Shown here: piece by piece, positions 14,258-21,838 of the stretch
Layout: every line of letters starts with the position of its first letter
Numbering within the stretch: the first letter of the stretch is position 1
From: Kineococcus radiotolerans SRS30216 = ATCC BAA-149
Lineage (GTDB): Bacteria; Actinomycetota; Actinomycetes; Actinomycetales; Kineococcaceae
NCBI RefSeq assembly: GCF_000017305.1
Contig: NC_009664.2
Location: forward strand, 390,001 to 422,000
DNA: 32,000 nt
Reading direction: 5' to 3'
Notes under the pieces: model-generated
The model's input: the letters and a program-made list of their open reading frames with translations, nothing else
Databases searched by the model: none
What the model was told of the DNA's origin: nothing
Translations under genes and position numbers: made by a program

Positions 14258-17200
14258 CGTACTGGAGGTCCAAGACGGGCCGGGCGATCAGCCGAGTCTG
14301 CTCGCGGGTCCACACGGACAGGCTGTCCGTCCCCTCGCCGGCGATCGCGAGCGTCACCGTCGTCCCCGGGGAGAGGGCAGCGGCGGTGAGCGGCACCGCG
14401 AACGGCTGCTCGGGGGTGCTCCCGGCCGGAACGGTGCCGAGGACGGCGCTCCCCAGGGCGGGCTTGTCCCGCCAGGTCAGCGTCGTCTCCCCCCAGTCGC
14501 CGGTGGCCAGCCGGATCGGCGCGGGCTCGACCGAACCGGCTAGGGAGTCGCTGGAGGTGCGCAGGCGCAGCGTGGCCGAGAGCAGGCTCGTTCCGGCCGG
14601 GGCCGCGGGTAGGTCGAAGCGCAGGTAAGCGATCGCCCCGGTGGAACCGCGGGAGGTCATCTGCGCGCTCGTGCCGAAATTGGTCCCCGGGGCTCCGGCG
14701 TTGGCGAAGGTGTCGGCCGTGGGGCTGAGGTTCACCGTCGTGGCGCCCCGCTCCACCTGCACCTGCACCTGCGCCGAGGCCGGGGAGGTGTTGCCCGCCG
14801 CGTCCACCGCGGTGACGCGGTAGTACCAGGTGCCGGTACCGGGGTCGTCGATGGCCGTGGCCGTCGTCGGCCGGGCGACGGCGGTGGCCGTCGAGGGCGT
14901 GAAGCCCGGCGTGGCCGAACGGTGCACGACGTAGCCGGTGACGCCTGAGGCGTCGGTGCTCGCTGCCCAGGTGAGCTGCACCCGGTCGGCCTGCACCGCG
15001 GCCACCGAGGTGCCCGGGGCCGTGGGCGCAGTGGTGTCCGGCGGCGGCGTGCGAGCGACCTCGACGTGGCGGGCGATGGCAGCGGGCGGGAGGGCCTTGG
15101 CGTAGTACGCCGTCTCATCGACCGTGCCGACGAAGCTGGTGCTGCTGGGCGCGTCCGGCCATCCAGAGGCGATGGTGTCCCCGCCCACGCGCCAGTAGCC
15201 GGGGACGTTCTGGTTGGTGGTCACCGCGTTCGAGGCGATCTTCATCCCGTCCACGTAGAGCGCCATGCCCGAGGCTCCCTGGGTCGCGGCGACGTGGTGC
15301 CACCGCCCGTCGTTGTAAGACCCCGGGGTGGACAGGGTTTTCCTGCCGTCGGCCAGGACGCCGAACACGAGCCGGCCGGAGTTCGTCATGTAGATGTGCT
15401 TGTCGTTGCTGCTGGAGTTCAGCGTGCGGCGGTCGCCGAACCCGATGATCTTGCCGCCGCTCATCGTGGTGGTCCGGAACCAGGTCTCGACCGTGAACGC
15501 CTTGGGGGCGTTGTAGCGAACCTCGGAGTGGATGGTGCCGCCCCCGCCTGACAGGGTGCGCGCCGTGCTGGGGTCGTCGCCGATCGCTGCGGGGGTGACG
15601 CGGAACGTGCCCCCCCCGCTGAGGGTGCCGCTGTGGTTGGCGACGCTGTCGGAGACCAGGACGTCACCGGGCTCGTCGTAGCGCCACAGGAACACCGCCC
15701 CGTCGGCGCGGACCTGGTCGGCGTAGGCCGATGAGGTGCCCCGCACCGTGACGGCGCGCCAGTCGGTGGTGCGGGTGGTGGCCCCATCGCTCACCTCGAC
15801 GCGGTAGCGCAGGGTGGACCCGACGGTCAGGCCGCTGTCGACGACAGTGGACTGGGGCCGGTGCCAGTGCCAGGATGCCGCGCCGAGCGTGGCGATCGGG
15901 GCCGCGGTCCCCTCCCGGTAGACCCGGTAGGTGAGGTTGGAGTCGTCCAGGTCCAGGGCCCGGCGCCAGGCGACGCGCACCTGTCCCGCCGTGTCCGAGG
16001 TCAGCACGAACGGCATCGCGGAGGGTCCGGCTTGCTCGGGGCCGCTGCCGAAGCGGGTGATGCTCTGCTGCGCGGCGCCGTTCACAGTGGTGAACTCCCC
16101 CACGCCCCACAGCACCGGCCCCCGGGAGGCAGTGGTGGCGATGGTGATGGCGCGCGGGCCGATGCGCTCGCCGATGCCGTCGTCGGTGTCGGGGAACCAC
16201 GGCAGCAAGCTGGGCTTGTCCGGGGTCTGAGTCGTCTCGGCGAGGAAGTGCCAGCGCTTCTCGTCCGGGTAGGCGTTGATCGGCCGGCAGTCGTGGGCGT
16301 GCGAGGCGCTATAGAGGACGCCGCGGAACACCTCGACGTCCTGGGTGGCCCCCAGGCAGCCGTCGCGCCAGCGCTGGGTCCAGGTGTCCCAGTCCACCGC
16401 GAACCGGCCGTCGAAGGACCCGGTGCCGTAGCCCTCGTTGGCGACGTAGAACCCGGTGGCGTCCACGGCGATCGCCTTCACCTGCGAGGCGGCGGGGACG
16501 AAAGCGGCCGTGAAGCGGCGCACCGCGGTCCCGGACGCAGCGTCGACGACGGTCAACCCGTGCGAGACGGTCCCGCCGACGGTGTCGAACGATCCGCCGA
16601 TGACCACCTGTCCCCCGCCGGGGCGCAGGGCCAGGGCGAGCACGTCGTCGTCGAGGGAGGGGTCCCAGGCCGTGAGCCGGCCCTGGTCGGGGGTGCCGAC
16701 CGCGGCGACGGCGGCGGCCTTGGAGCGGGCGGTGGTGCCGACGGCGGTGAACGACCCCCCGAGCCAGACGGTCCGCGCGTCCACCGCGAGGGCGCGGACG
16801 GGGCCCTGGGGCAGCGGGGTGAAGTCCGTCCGCAGGCGGCAGGTGGCGAGGTCGAGGGCCGCCAGGTGCTGGCGGGCGACGCCGTCGACGGTGTCGAAGC
16901 TGCCGCCGACGTAGAGGGTCGCGCCGTCGGGCGAGACCGCGAGCGCGCGGACGGTGGCGGTGCCCTCCTTGAGGGTGAACGCGGGGGCGCAGCCGGTGGG
17001 CTCGCCGGTGGCGGCGTCGAAGGCGGCGAGGTTGGTGCGGGGGACCTGCCCGGTGCCGGCGGGGGCGCCGGGGGGGCGGATGGCGGTGAAGGTGCCGCCG
17101 ACGAAGACGGTGCCGCCGGCGGTGGTGGTCGCCCAGGCGACGCCGTCGGCCTGCCAGGTGGGCAGGGCGACGGCGGCGAAGGCGACGGGCGCCTCGATGG

Positions 17201-17282
17201 CGGCGGCGGGTGCGGTGGTGGCGACGGCGGTGGCGAGCAGGGTGCTGAGGGCCGTCGCGAGGGCGAGCAGGGGCCGGGTCAC
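14253..17282 (-). CDS. Large secreted multidomain protein: signal peptide, beta-propeller-like repeats, FN3-like, LamG/concanavalin-like, FN3, DNRLRE-type module
   Basis: The start is GTG 17282-17280, overlapping the upstream stop (GTGA), and gives the signal peptide VTRPLLALATALSTLLATAVATTAPAAA-IEAP. Repeats of the form (V/L)xxGG(S/T)F(T/D)xVxG...AA(L/F)D fall at about nt 16050-17162. A LamG-like block (FTVETWFRT...GRWHHVAAT...ALYVDG) falls at about 15060-15722. An FN3 (VQLTWAASTDASGVTGYVVHR...YYRVTAVDAAGN) falls at about 14751-15038. The C-terminal ADTFANAGAP...AYLRFDLP...RPVLDLQYG module is at 14256-14747. Confidence 0.75.
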   Translation of the reverse strand: MTRPLLALATALSTLLATAVATTAPAAAIEAPVAFAAVALPTWQADGVAWATTTAGGTVFVGGTFTAIRPPGAPAGTGQVPRTNLAAFDAATGEPTGCAPAFTLKEGTATVRALAVSPDGATLYVGGSFDTVDGVARQHLAALDLATCRLRTDFTPLPQGPVRALAVDARTVWLGGSFTAVGTTARSKAAAVAAVGTPDQGRLTAWDPSLDDDVLALALRPGGGQVVIGGSFDTVGGTVSHGLTVVDAASGTAVRRFTAAFVPAASQVKAIAVDATGFYVANEGYGTGSFDGRFAVDWDTWTQRWRDGCLGATQDVEVFRGVLYSASHAHDCRPINAYPDEKRWHFLAETTQTPDKPSLLPWFPDTDDGIGERIGPRAITIATTASRGPVLWGVGEFTTVNGAAQQSITRFGSGPEQAGPSAMPFVLTSDTAGQVRVAWRRALDLDDSNLTYRVYREGTAAPIATLGAASWHWHRPQSTVVDSGLTVGSTLRYRVEVSDGATTRTTDWRAVTVRGTSSAYADQVRADGAVFLWRYDEPGDVLVSDSVANHSGTLSGGGTFRVTPAAIGDDPSTARTLSGGGGTIHSEVRYNAPKAFTVETWFRTTTMSGGKIIGFGDRRTLNSSSNDKHIYMTNSGRLVFGVLADGRKTLSTPGSYNDGRWHHVAATQGASGMALYVDGMKIASNAVTTNQNVPGYWRVGGDTIASGWPDAPSSTSFVGTVDETAYYAKALPPAAIARHVEVARTPPPDTTAPTAPGTSVAAVQADRVQLTWAASTDASGVTGYVVHRSATPGFTPSTATAVARPTTATAIDDPGTGTWYYRVTAVDAAGNTSPASAQVQVQVERGATTVNLSPTADTFANAGAPGTNFGTSAQMTSRGSTGAIAYLRFDLPAAPAGTSLLSATLRLRTSSDSLAGSVEPAPIRLATGDWGETTLTWRDKPALGSAVLGTVPAGSTPEQPFAVPLTAAALSPGTTVTLAIAGEGTDSLSVWTREQTRLIARPVLDLQYG

Positions 17283-17719
17283 CGGGTGAGCTCGCGCCGT
17301 TCGGTGCTGGAGGTGACCGGGGTGTAGGGGAGGTAGACGACCCTGACGCCGCGGGAGGCGAATTCTCGCTCGAGGTGCGTCCACTTGGGGGTTCCCTTCC
17401 AGTCGTCGCCCTTGAACACGACGTCGAAGCCGACCTCGGTCCAGGTGGTGAGCTTGTCGGTGGTGGTCTCGAGGTGCACCGCGTCGACGACGCGCATGGC
17501 GGCGACGATCTCGAGGCGTTCGCGTTCGCCGACGACGGGTCGGCGGCCCTTCTGGGCGAGGGCGACCTCGTCGGAGACGACGCCGGCGATGAGGTGGTCG
17601 CAGTGGATGCGGGCCCGCCGCAGGATGTTGAGGTGGCCGATGTGGAACAGGTCGAAGACCCCGGGGACGTAGCCGGTGACGGCGCGCCGCCCGAGGGTGC
17701 TGCGCGAGCGCCCGGTCAC
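17279..17719 (-). CDS. Cytidylyltransferase-family protein, TagD-like (alcohol-phosphate cytidylyltransferase; substrate unknown)
   Basis: 146 aa, starting at GTG 17719-17717, which overlaps the upstream stop (GTGA). It has an intact nucleotidyltransferase HxGH motif, GVFDLFHIGHLNIL (FHIGH encoded at 17633-17647), an RVVDAV block and a C-terminal TPVTSSTE block (compare RTxGISTT of TagD). Confidence 0.75.
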   Translation of the reverse strand: MTGRSRSTLGRRAVTGYVPGVFDLFHIGHLNILRRARIHCDHLIAGVVSDEVALAQKGRRPVVGERERLEIVAAMRVVDAVHLETTTDKLTTWTEVGFDVVFKGDDWKGTPKWTHLEREFASRGVRVVYLPYTPVTSSTERRELTR

Positions 17720-18876
17720 GGGGCGCCGTCGCGGGAGAGCTGCCGGTACCAGTGCCGGGACAGGGCGAGCAGGACGGCGACGTGGGCCAGGGCCAGGGCG
17801 AGGTAGACGGGGGCGAAGAGGCGGGGGAAGCCCCAGAGCAGGAACGCGGCGCTGATGACGCCGTGGTCGACGGGCAGCAGCAGGACCGGGGAGAGCCGCC
17901 CCGCCCCGGTGGCGGGGGTGCGGGTGCTGCTGCGGGCCTCGAGGAGCTTGGCGGCGAGGGTGCCGCCCTGGAAGAGGACGAGGGAGGCGAGGACGAACAG
18001 CAGCGGGACGAGCAGCCACCCCGCGGGGACGCCGGTGCGGTACCAGGCGACGAGGACGGCGGAGTGCAGGCAGATCTTCACCGCGCAGTCGACGACGTGG
18101 TCCAGCCACTCCCCCGCCGCGGACCCGCCGCCGGTGAGGCGGGCCAGCTGCCCGTCGGCGGAGTCGAGGGCGAAGGCGGCGGCGAGGACCACGGCGGCGA
18201 GGACGCCGGTGAGCGGGCTCGGCTCGGGCAGGGCGACGAGGGCGACGCCGACGAGGGAGACCAGGGCGCTGGCCCAGGTGAGCTGGTCGGGGGTCATGCG
18301 CAGCGCCGCGGCCAGCGCCGCGAGCCAGCGGCCGGCGGGGCGGTTGACGCGGGAGGAGTACAGGGAGACCCCGCGGGAGGGCTTCTGCGCGGTGCGCAGG
18401 CGCTGGTGGTGGGTGCGCACGGAGACGTCGGGTTCCCCGGCGGCGTCGGGTCCGGCGCTCGCGGCGGTGTGCAGGTGGGTCACGTCGACCCCGATCTCGA
18501 GCAGGCGGTCCTCGGTGGCGGGGTCGGCGGGGGCGCGGTCGTCGACGAAGAGCTCGTCGAAGCGCAGGGACTCCCACAGCTCCAGGGCGTCGGTGTGCTC
18601 GACGGCGACGGCCACGTCGACGCAGCGCAGCTCGGAGACGATGAGCAGGCGTTCGCTGAAGGGCACGACGGGGCGCACGCCGTGGAGGCGCTCGGCGAGC
18701 TCGTCGGTGGTGACGCCGACGCAGAGGAGGTCGCAGCGGGAGCTGGCGTCCTCCAGCAGGTGCAGCTGGGTGGCGTCGAAGAGGTCGAAGGCGCCGGTGG
18801 CGAAGCCGACGCGGCCGTCGGCGGGCCGGTGCCCGCGGGCGTGCTGGGGGCTGCGGGTGGGCTGTCGGTCAGGCAT
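17716..18876 (-). CDS. Fusion protein: degenerate cytidylyltransferase-like N-domain plus CDP-alcohol phosphatidyltransferase-family membrane domain
   Basis: 386-aa ORF with ATG 18876. Residues about 24-113 align without gaps to the downstream TagD-like protein, but HxGH is replaced (GAFDLFDATQL, nt 18766-18777). The C-terminal domain has a perfect CDP-OH_P_transf signature, DSADGQLAR-x8-GEWLDHVVD (nt 18088-18165), embedded in about 6 TM helices. Confidence 0.75.
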   Translation of the reverse strand: MPDRQPTRSPQHARGHRPADGRVGFATGAFDLFDATQLHLLEDASSRCDLLCVGVTTDELAERLHGVRPVVPFSERLLIVSELRCVDVAVAVEHTDALELWESLRFDELFVDDRAPADPATEDRLLEIGVDVTHLHTAASAGPDAAGEPDVSVRTHHQRLRTAQKPSRGVSLYSSRVNRPAGRWLAALAAALRMTPDQLTWASALVSLVGVALVALPEPSPLTGVLAAVVLAAAFALDSADGQLARLTGGGSAAGEWLDHVVDCAVKICLHSAVLVAWYRTGVPAGWLLVPLLFVLASLVLFQGGTLAAKLLEARSSTRTPATGAGRLSPVLLLPVDHGVISAAFLLWGFPRLFAPVYLALALAHVAVLLALSRHWYRQLSRDGAP

Positions 18877-20119
18877 CGGCGTTCCGCAGGGTGGGTGTGG
18901 TGGCGGGCAGGGGGGCGGGCCGGGTGAGCAGGCTGTGCCACCCGAGGCCGGTCTGGACCCCGGCGGCGACGGCGACGGCCGCGGCGACGGCGCGCACGTC
19001 GCGGGTGGTCCAGGCCAGCACCGCGCCGGCGAGGACGGACAGCGCGGTGGTGACGACGCGCTGGCGCAGCAGGTCGCGGGCCTGCTCGCGGACCTTGAGC
19101 CCGAGCACGGCGGCGGTGCCCACGGCGGTGAGCACGTACTCGGCGACCGTGAAGGGCAGGACCCCGGCGGTGCCGGCCCAGGTCGCGCCGAAGGCGGTGC
19201 GGCCGAGGTCGTCGGGCAGCAGGAGCAGGCAGGCGCCCCACAGGGCGGTGCCGGTGGTCAGGACGAGGGCGGCGGCGGCGCAGAAGCGGCGGTCCTGGGT
19301 GCGGGGGCGGCGCACCAGGGTGGGGGCGAGGCTGAGGGAGACGTAGGCGAAGGCGACGTTGACGGGTCCCATCGCGGTGGCGGCGGCGCGCAGGCTGCCG
19401 GCGGCGGCGGGGTCGATGAGGTGGGCGGCGGCGGTGAGGACGGCGAGCAGCCCGAGGGAGGCGATGACGCTGTTGGCGGCCAGGGAGGCGGCCAGGGGGT
19501 CCTCGCGGCGGGCCAGGCGCACCAGCAGCTCCCGCCCGCGGGCGGGTTCGGGGCGGGTGCGCAGCCCGGCGAGGGCCACGACGAGCGCGGCCAGCGCCCC
19601 GGCGGCCCACACCAGCAGGGTGGTGCGGCTGCCGGTGCCCAGGACCAGGGCGAGGGCGACGAGGCCCAGCCAGGTCAGGTCGGAGAGCAGGGCGGTGCCG
19701 GGTCGTCCGGCGGCGACGGCGCCGTAGCGCAGGACGTCCTGGGCGCAGACGACGGGGGTGGCCAGGCCGATGAGCAGCTGCAGGCCGGGGTCCTGGCCGC
19801 CGGTGAGGAGGAGCCCGGCGCCGGTGACGAGCAGGGCGGTGGGCAGGGCGAGCAGGACGAGGGCGCCCAGGACGGTGGCGGTGACCTCGCGGGCGCCGGC
19901 GTGGTCGGGGGTGAGGGTGATGCGGGTGGCGAGGGCGGCGCGGGTGAGGGAGAGGACGAGGACGAGGACGGCGTAGCCGAGGGAGAAGCGGCCGAAGGTG
20001 TCGGCGTCCAGGGCGCGGGCCAGCAGCAGCAGGGCCAGGACGTTGGAGGCGCTGGAGGCGGCCTGGTCGAGGAGGGCGTGGGCGCTGCGCAGCAGCGGGC
20101 GGGCCGGGGTGCGGGTCAC
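18869..20119 (-). CDS. wzx: Polysaccharide/oligosaccharide flippase (Wzx, MOP superfamily)-like membrane protein
   Basis: This is the last 416 aa of a 665-aa track ORF. The start is GTG 20119-20117, overlapping the GT2 stop (GTGA). The N-terminus LLDQAASSASNVLALLLLARALDADTFGRFSLGYA is typical of polysaccharide-synthesis flippases. It has about 12 hydrophobic helices. Confidence 0.6.
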   Translation of the reverse strand: MTRTPARPLLRSAHALLDQAASSASNVLALLLLARALDADTFGRFSLGYAVLVLVLSLTRAALATRITLTPDHAGAREVTATVLGALVLLALPTALLVTGAGLLLTGGQDPGLQLLIGLATPVVCAQDVLRYGAVAAGRPGTALLSDLTWLGLVALALVLGTGSRTTLLVWAAGALAALVVALAGLRTRPEPARGRELLVRLARREDPLAASLAANSVIASLGLLAVLTAAAHLIDPAAAGSLRAAATAMGPVNVAFAYVSLSLAPTLVRRPRTQDRRFCAAAALVLTTGTALWGACLLLLPDDLGRTAFGATWAGTAGVLPFTVAEYVLTAVGTAAVLGLKVREQARDLLRQRVVTTALSVLAGAVLAWTTRDVRAVAAAVAVAAGVQTGLGWHSLLTRPAPLPATTPTLRNADA

Positions 20120-21153
20120 CGGGCACCGAACCCCACGGTGCCCCACTTGCGGCGGCGGTAGGCGGTGTAGGCGCTGGCGTAGAGGGGGTAGGCGAAGCGG
20201 ACGGCGGCGGCGGGGGCCGCGGTGCGCAGGCGCCCGTGCCAGCTGAGGCGGAGCAGGCCGGTGAGGGTGATGGCGCGCTGGGCGTCGGCGTGGTCCGGGG
20301 TCGGGTGGCGCCGCGCGCCGCGCGCGGGGCCCCGGCGGATGGCGTCGTTGAGCAGGGCGAGGTAGACGAAGCGGTACTCGAAGAGGAGCAGGTCGTCGCG
20401 CAGGCCGCTGCGGTGGGCGGGGTGGGCCGGGCGCAGGGCGGCGACCTCGGCGCGGACGCGGTCGCGGACGTCGAGCAGGTCGCGGGTGCGGGTCTCGCGG
20501 CTGTTGAGGATGGACCCCTCGTGCAGGACGTAGGTGTAGAGGTCCTCGGGGAGCAGCTCGGTGCGGCGGGAGCGGGCGAGGAGGGCGGCCACGCCGGCGA
20601 GGTCGGAGTGGGCGCGGGTGGTGGGGAAGCGCACGTCGTCGAACAGCTCGCGCCGGAAGAGCTTGTTCCACAGGTGACCCTGGATCTCCCCGCGCAGGAG
20701 GCGGCGGAAGGCGTCGACGGGGTCGGTGGTGGGGCGGTCCAGCAGCGCCCCCAGGGGGGCGGTGGTCGCGCGGCCCTCGCGGCGGGTGCGGGCGCTGCAG
20801 ACGACGACGTCGGCCCCGGTGCGCTCGGCGCGGTCGACCAGCCGGGCGGTGATGCCCGGGGACCACTCGTCGTCGCAGTCGGTGAACCAGACGTAGGGGG
20901 CGGTGGCGTGCTCGAGGGCGCGGTTGCGGGCGGCGGCGACGCCGGTGCGGACGGGGTTGCGCAGCAGGGTGGCGCGGGGGTCCTCGCGGGCCCAGTCGTC
21001 CAGGGTGGCGCCGCTGCCGTCGGTGGAGGCGTCGTCGACGAGCAGCAGCTGCAGGTCGGGGTCGGTGAGGGCCTCGATCTGGCGGCGGGCGGCGGCCAGG
21101 TGGGGGGCGCCGTCGTGGACGGCGAGGACGACGCTGACGCGGGGACGGTTCAC
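20116..21153 (-). CDS. Glycosyltransferase family 2
   Basis: 345-aa ORF with a GTG start. It has a GT-A signature: VSVVLAVHDGAPHL, LLLVDDASTDGS, AARNRAL, and FTDCDDEW (DxD). Confidence 0.8.
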   Translation of the reverse strand: MNRPRVSVVLAVHDGAPHLAAARRQIEALTDPDLQLLLVDDASTDGSGATLDDWAREDPRATLLRNPVRTGVAAARNRALEHATAPYVWFTDCDDEWSPGITARLVDRAERTGADVVVCSARTRREGRATTAPLGALLDRPTTDPVDAFRRLLRGEIQGHLWNKLFRRELFDDVRFPTTRAHSDLAGVAALLARSRRTELLPEDLYTYVLHEGSILNSRETRTRDLLDVRDRVRAEVAALRPAHPAHRSGLRDDLLLFEYRFVYLALLNDAIRRGPARGARRHPTPDHADAQRAITLTGLLRLSWHGRLRTAAPAAAVRFAYPLYASAYTAYRRRKWGTVGFGAR

Positions 21154-21160
21154 CGGCGCC

Positions 21161-21838
21161 TCACCGGCGGGCCAGCAGGTGGGCGGGGTCGTCGAGGCTG
21201 TCGCGCTCGGCGAGGGCCAGGCTGCGCCGGCGCACGGCCTGGTCGCGGGCGGTGGCGGCGAGGACGCCGAGGGCGAGCCCGGCGGCCAGCCCGATGCCGA
21301 GACCGGTGGGGACGTCCGGGGAGGCTGGGCGGTTGGGGGCGGTGGCGGGGCTGGTGACGGTGGCGTCGACGATCTTCCCGCCCCCGGAGGTGTTCTGCTC
21401 CAGGGCCTCGATGGTGGTGGCCAGCGCGTCGGCGGTGGCCCCGGCGAGGTCCTGGGCGCGCTCGGGGGTGCGGGCCTGGGCGGTGACGCGCAGCAGGACC
21501 GTGCCGGGGGGGACGGTGGCGGAGACGGAGTCGGCGAACTGCGCCGACGTCAGCCCCAGGCCGGTGCGGTCCTCGACGCTGGCGGCGATGTCGGGCGAGT
21601 CGACGAGCTGGGCGTAGGTGCTCATCCGGCTCAGGACGAACTGGGAGGCCGAGTTGGCCCCTCCCCCGGTCTCGTTCTGGCCGTTGAGGACGCTGCCGAC
21701 GAAGAGCTCGGTGCTGGAGGCGTAGGTGCGGGGCGTGAGGTAGGCCCAGCCGCCGGCGGCGAGGCCCCCGAGGAGGATCCCGGCGAGGATCCAGGTCCAG
21801 CGGCGCGCGGCGAGGCGCAGGTGGTCGATCAGTTCCAC
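21161..21838 (-). CDS. Wzz-domain polysaccharide chain-length determinant (co-polymerase)-like protein, with no kinase domain
   Basis: This is the last 225 aa of a 565-aa track ORF. GTG 21838 is preceded by GGAGA. The N-terminus is LIDHLRLAARRWTWILAGILLGGLAAGGWAYLTPRTYASSTELFV (TM1 plus a P-x2-Y-x-[AS] block). A second TM helix (GLGIGLAAGLALGVLAA) lies near the C-terminus. Confidence 0.65.
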   Translation of the reverse strand: MELIDHLRLAARRWTWILAGILLGGLAAGGWAYLTPRTYASSTELFVGSVLNGQNETGGGANSASQFVLSRMSTYAQLVDSPDIAASVEDRTGLGLTSAQFADSVSATVPPGTVLLRVTAQARTPERAQDLAGATADALATTIEALEQNTSGGGKIVDATVTSPATAPNRPASPDVPTGLGIGLAAGLALGVLAATARDQAVRRRSLALAERDSLDDPAHLLARR

